Source: Prochlorococcus marinus subsp. pastoris str. CCMP1986
GTDB lineage: Bacteria; Cyanobacteriota; Cyanobacteriia; PCC-6307; Cyanobiaceae
NCBI RefSeq assembly: GCF_000011465.1
Contig: NC_005072.1
Coordinates: 1,500,001 to 1,532,000, forward strand
DNA: 32,000 bases
Reading direction: 5' to 3'
The position numbers were made by a program, and so were the translations under genes. Positions 27,935-32,000 of the stretch are shown piece after piece (the first letter of the stretch is position 1; the number at the start of each line of letters is the position of its first letter). The notes under the pieces are model-generated. The model did not search any database and was not told the origin of the DNA. It saw only the letters and a list, made by a program, of their open reading frames with translations.

Positions 27935-28817
27935 GTATATGTTGATTAACTAATTCGGGGACTTCATCATGGGGGCAATGGCCAGCATCAAGAATTACTT
28001 CTTTAGTATTTTCAGGAGCATATTTTTTATAAAGAAGTCTTTTGCTTCCTGTGTTCATCCAAGGATCTTTACCTCCCCATAGGAGTAAAAGTGGAGATTT
28101 CAACTTTTTGAATAATTTATCAAATGGTTCTCCTTGGACACCTGCAGGATTGAAAACACTTTTAAAAACGTTAAAGGCACCTGGATCCAGTGAAGGTTTT
28201 CTTATTGAATCAATAAGATAATCATCAACATTAGTTTGGTTTTTATAAACATTGTTTAATGCTTTTTTTATATTGACTCTTCGTCTCATGCTTTCAAATA
28301 TAGTTCTTTGAAGAAAAATATTGCCTCGCAAAAATGTTTCAAAAAAAGTTTTTAAAGATTTTTGTAAAAGGCTGTTATTTGATACTTTTTCTTCACTAAA
28401 CATTCCAGCAGCGTTAAGTAACACTACTCCAGCAGATAATTCTTTTAGTTCTGCACTTGCTGCTAGAGATGCATAGCCACCTAAAGAATTCCCAACAATA
28501 AATGTTGGTTTTTTAATTACTTCTTTCACATATGTTGCAACTTGATCTTTCCAAAGATGACTTGAATACTGGACATCTGTTGGCTTGGGACTTTTTCCAA
28601 ACCCCAAAAGATCTATTGCATGAACTTCATATTTATCACTCAAAACAGGGATATTAAAACGCCAATGATCAGTAGAAGCTCCAAAACCATGTATCAACAA
28701 AATTGCACATGATTTTGGATTTTCTTCTTTGGGTTTTACAGTAATAGTATGTATTGGATAGTTCAAAAAATTCCATGCATAATTTACCTCATCACTTATT
28801 AACACTGGTTTTTCCAT
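27912..28817 (-). CDS. alpha/beta-fold hydrolase (pheophytinase / chlorophyll-dephytylase-like subgroup, inferred)
   Basis: 301 aa containing 'LLIHGFGASTDHWRFNIPVL', 'AIDLLGFGKSPKP', the nucleophile elbow 'GNSLGG' and the C-terminal 'GHCPHDE'. Confidence 0.8.
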   Translation of the reverse strand: MEKPVLISDEVNYAWNFLNYPIHTITVKPKEENPKSCAILLIHGFGASTDHWRFNIPVLSDKYEVHAIDLLGFGKSPKPTDVQYSSHLWKDQVATYVKEVIKKPTFIVGNSLGGYASLAASAELKELSAGVVLLNAAGMFSEEKVSNNSLLQKSLKTFFETFLRGNIFLQRTIFESMRRRVNIKKALNNVYKNQTNVDDYLIDSIRKPSLDPGAFNVFKSVFNPAGVQGEPFDKLFKKLKSPLLLLWGGKDPWMNTGSKRLLYKKYAPENTKEVILDAGHCPHDEVPELVNQHILDWIDSL

Positions 28818-28859
28818 TTAATTAAAAATTATATCTATCAATTCTAATAAAATTATTCG

Positions 28860-30227
28860 TTAAAGAAGACCTACTGGATCAGCCGCAACATCATCTGAAA
28901 TTTTATTATCACCACCAGGGGGCTTATCTTTCAAAACAATTCTTAAGAGAACAGGAGCGAGGAATGTCGTTCCAATGACCATTAATAAAATTGCTGCCTC
29001 AAGGGATGGAGTTAAAAGCTTAGCGCTTGTTCCTAATCCAAGAAAAATTAATCCCACTTCTCCTCTAGGCATCATTCCTAAACCTACAACTAATCTATTT
29101 GTAGGCTTATCGCTTGAGAAAACCCATCCAGCAGCAATTTTTCCAATAATTGCCACAACTAATAAAAATCCTGCTACCACAAGAGCAGACCTACTTGCTG
29201 GATCAAGTGGATTAATAACTGATAAATCCATACCAGCCCCTACCAATACGAAAAAGATAGTCGCGAATAATGAAACCAATGGCAAAACTGATTGCTGGAT
29301 AGCATGGTTATTTTTAGAACTACTAAGAATTAAACCCGCTGCAAAAGCACCTAAAGCTGCTTCAAGACCTATCGCTGTAGCGACAAAACAACATAAAACA
29401 AGTATCACAAAGGAGGCTACAACTACTGCTCCAGGTGCTTTCAATCTATCAAGAAGCCAATCAAAGCCAGGCGCTGCTGTACGACTTAATGCAATAGCAG
29501 CAATTACAAATACAACAGCTGCTGCGACTAATTTAACTATTGGGGCTATTTCTAAGGAACCTCCAGCAGCAAGAGCTACAACTACCGCAAGAATAACAAT
29601 GCCTAAAATGTCGTCTAAAACTGCTGCTCCAATAACGATTTGACCTTCCCTAGTTTTTAAATATCCTAATTCACCAAAAACACTTGCTGTAATACCAATA
29701 CTTGTAGCCGTCATTGATGCTCCTGCAAATACTGCTGGAATAAGATCAACTTGGAAAATAAACATTAATCCAAAAGTACCAAAAGCAAAAGGCAAAATTA
29801 CCCCTGCCATAGCAACTGTAAAAGCTTGCGCACCGACAGCAACTAATTCCTCTAATTCACTTTCTAATCCTGTTAAGAAAAGAAGAGCGTATAATCCAAG
29901 TGTTGCTACAGCTTGAAGAGAAGGAAAACTCTCAAAATAGACATCAGGAACAACTTCTGGAGGTATTGATGCCAACGAACTTATTACGTTTACCAATCCT
30001 TGATTTAATTCTGTATGAGCAGAGGGTGGTATTAATAAATGGAAACCAGATGCTCCTATAACAACTCCTGCTAATAGCTCTCCAACAATTGTAGGTAAAC
30101 TTAGTCTGACTAATACTTCCGCTAATGCTCTAGCAGCTAAAAATATCAATAGAAATCTAATTACTCCGATGAGCGTCTCAGCAACTTCTAAATCATGTGC
30201 ACTTAATTCAGCAACTAAAGGATACAT
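28860..30227 (-). CDS. monovalent cation:proton antiporter (CPA2, Na+/H+ exchanger family)
   Basis: 455 aa and very hydrophobic, Ala/Gly/Val/Leu-rich, with about 12 predicted helices. 'GELLAGVVIG' near the N-terminus and 'PRGEVGLIF' are typical of Kef/NapA-type exchangers. Confidence 0.85.
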   Translation of the reverse strand: MYPLVAELSAHDLEVAETLIGVIRFLLIFLAARALAEVLVRLSLPTIVGELLAGVVIGASGFHLLIPPSAHTELNQGLVNVISSLASIPPEVVPDVYFESFPSLQAVATLGLYALLFLTGLESELEELVAVGAQAFTVAMAGVILPFAFGTFGLMFIFQVDLIPAVFAGASMTATSIGITASVFGELGYLKTREGQIVIGAAVLDDILGIVILAVVVALAAGGSLEIAPIVKLVAAAVVFVIAAIALSRTAAPGFDWLLDRLKAPGAVVVASFVILVLCCFVATAIGLEAALGAFAAGLILSSSKNNHAIQQSVLPLVSLFATIFFVLVGAGMDLSVINPLDPASRSALVVAGFLLVVAIIGKIAAGWVFSSDKPTNRLVVGLGMMPRGEVGLIFLGLGTSAKLLTPSLEAAILLMVIGTTFLAPVLLRIVLKDKPPGGDNKISDDVAADPVGLL

Positions 30228-30380
30228 TTTAAATGCGAGAAAAATTAAACTATCTAATTGGAAGATAGTTTATGGAGGGCCCACTTTACCAAGTATGTAA
30301 AAAAAAGCAAAAATACTCAACAAGTGTGGATCTGAAGTTACAACAAAGAATTTATAAAAAAACTGGCTAATGTCATATAT

Positions 30381-32000
30381 ATGTCAAATCTAATGAACTC
30401 CAACGAACCCTTTGATCTACGCTTGCCTACTCCAGGCTGCTATTTAGATCCTGAGAAAGCTGGCATGGATTCTGATGCGCTCTTCAAAGGAATGACAGAG
30501 CACTTATTCTTTACTCTTGGCAAATTAGCAACTTCCGCTAGTCCTCATGACTTGTATATGGCGCTGAGTTACGCGGTAAAAGATAGATTAATGACAAGAT
30601 ATTTAGCCAGTCAAGAAGTAATAAGAAAAAAACCTCAAAAAACAGTCGCTTACTTATCAGCAGAATTTTTAATCGGCCCACAATTAAGTAATAATTTACT
30701 AAATCTTGGCATAACAAAAGAAGCAGAAGATGCCTTAAAAAGGTTTGGAATTGAATCACTATCAACGATTCTTGAAGTTGAAGAAGAGCCAGGCCTTGGT
30801 AATGGTGGTCTTGGAAGACTTGCAGCTTGTTATATGGAGTCTTTAGCTTCCTTACAAGTTCCTGCAGTTGGTTATGGTATTAGATATGAATTCGGAATAT
30901 TTAACCAGTTAATACGAGATGGTTGGCAAGTTGAGGTTACTGATAAATGGCTCAAAGGTGGTTGGCCATGGGAATTACCTCAACCTGATGAATCATGTTT
31001 TGTTGGTTTTGGAGGACGAACTGAAAGTTATAGAGACGATAAAGGTAAATATCGATCAAGATGGGTTCCCTCAGAACATGCAATTGGTGTTCCTCATGAT
31101 GTTCCAGTATTAGGCTACAGAGTAAATACCTGTGACAGATTAAGATTATGGAGAGCTGATGCAACAGAGAGTTTTGATTTTTATGCTTTCAATATTGGTG
31201 ATTATTATGGTGCGGTAGAAGAAAAAGTTGCCTCTGAAACTCTATCTAAAGTCCTTTATCCAAATGATGGAACTGATGAAGGGAGAAGATTAAGGCTCAA
31301 ACAACAACACTTCTTTGTCAGTTGTTCTCTCCAAGATATGTTGAGAAGTCTGGAAAAAAGATCTATCCCAGTAACAGAATTTGCAAATCATTGGACTGTT
31401 CAATTAAATGATACTCATCCAGCAATTGCTGTTGCCGAGTTAATGCGTCTGTTAATTGATCAGTATCAAATAGGTTGGGACAAAGCATGGAATATAACTA
31501 CTTCATCAGTAGCATATACAAACCATACATTGCTTCCTGAAGCATTGGAGAAATGGGATTTAAGTCTATTTAGTGATTTACTTCCCCGTCATTTAGAAAT
31601 TATTTATGAAATAAATTGGAGGTTCTTACAACAATTAAGACTTCGTTACCCAGGTGATGACAAGATTCTTCAAAAGCTTTCTATTATTGATGAAGAAGGT
31701 TCCAAGTCAGTGAGAATGGCACATTTAGCTACTATCGGAGCTCATCATATTAATGGTGTTGCTGCACTTCACTCTGACCTAATAAAAAGACAACTTCTCC
31801 CAGAGTTTGCAGAACTATGGCCTGAAAAATTTACTAATGTAACTAACGGAGTAACTCCTAGAAGATGGGTTGCATTAGCAAATCCATCTTTATCTAATTT
31901 GTTAGAAAAAGAAGTTGGTCCAGATTGGATTACGAATATGGAACTACTTAAAAAATTAGAAAATAAGAAAGATGATGCAAATTTTCTTCAAGAATTTGAG
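30381..32000 (+). CDS. glgP: glycogen/alpha-glucan phosphorylase (N-terminal 540 codons; 3' end outside the window)
   Basis: It is absent from the ORF track because no stop falls in the window. My translation from ATG 30381 reads MSNLMNSNEPFD...AYLSAEFLIGPQL...EEEPGLGNGGLGRLAACYMESLA...YGIRYEFGIF...LRLKQQHFFVS...QLNDTHPAIAV...NGVTPRRW, which are classic phosphorylase motifs. The frame is open to base 32000. Confidence 0.95.
   Translation, partial: MSNLMNSNEPFDLRLPTPGCYLDPEKAGMDSDALFKGMTEHLFFTLGKLATSASPHDLYMALSYAVKDRLMTRYLASQEVIRKKPQKTVAYLSAEFLIGPQLSNNLLNLGITKEAEDALKRFGIESLSTILEVEEEPGLGNGGLGRLAACYMESLASLQVPAVGYGIRYEFGIFNQLIRDGWQVEVTDKWLKGGWPWELPQPDESCFVGFGGRTESYRDDKGKYRSRWVPSEHAIGVPHDVPVLGYRVNTCDRLRLWRADATESFDFYAFNIGDYYGAVEEKVASETLSKVLYPNDGTDEGRRLRLKQQHFFVSCSLQDMLRSLEKRSIPVTEFANHWTVQLNDTHPAIAVAELMRLLIDQYQIGWDKAWNITTSSVAYTNHTLLPEALEKWDLSLFSDLLPRHLEIIYEINWRFLQQLRLRYPGDDKILQKLSIIDEEGSKSVRMAHLATIGAHHINGVAALHSDLIKRQLLPEFAELWPEKFTNVTNGVTPRRWVALANPSLSNLLEKEVGPDWITNMELLKKLENKKDDANFLQEFE

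Noticed and set aside
28975-29643. 222-aa plus-strand ORF inside the antiporter gene
   Set aside because: It is the antisense shadow of an Ala/Gly/Val-rich membrane protein. Its Ala/Thr/Pro/Lys-rich low-complexity translation has no start context or motif.
28860-30227. Locally higher GC (about 40% by eye) suggesting a horizontally acquired antiporter
   Set aside because: Reading the codons shows third positions still strongly A/T-biased (GCT/GCA, GGA/GGT, GTT/GTA, TTA). The GC rise is explained by Ala/Gly/Val-rich amino-acid content, not foreign origin.
30272-30370. 32-codon Lys-rich ORF and a GGGCCC palindrome in the antiporter/glgP spacer
   Set aside because: The peptide is basic and low-complexity with no support beyond an ATG. 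An isolated 6-bp GC palindrome is not enough to infer a regulatory site.

Overview
The window is very AT-rich (about 30% GC by eye) and almost entirely coding. Its gene content and order look like the core chromosome of a streamlined marine picocyanobacterium, most likely a high-light-adapted Prochlorococcus. That call rests on psaD, the ho1-pebA-pebB bilin operon, the fused panC/cmk gene, a cyanobacterial-type gshA, hemF and glgP. I support 31 protein-coding genes (two cut by the window edges) and two tRNAs, tRNA-Arg(CCG) and tRNA-Cys(GCA). I saw no transposases, integrases, phage genes, CRISPR arrays, restriction-modification or toxin-antitoxin genes, no long repeats, and no compositional island. 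I therefore do not think the window holds an obvious novel system; it reads as ordinary core genome. The points most worth a second look are listed here. (1) The Walker-A N-terminus of recF lies upstream of the first ATG/GTG/TTG, so it needs a non-canonical start. (2) tRNA-Cys sits 9 nt back-to-back with an LpxB-related gene whose naive ORF runs antisense through the tRNA. (3) An orphan soluble histidine kinase with a divergent ATP-binding domain is translationally coupled to a SEDS (FtsW/RodA) gene downstream of mrp. (4) A tightly packed hydrolase / aldose-epimerase-like / DUF1537-kinase trio has no assigned pathway. (5) Uncharacterised small proteins flank the bilin operon and lie downstream of purM. 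All product calls come from motif recognition by eye; no database search was run.
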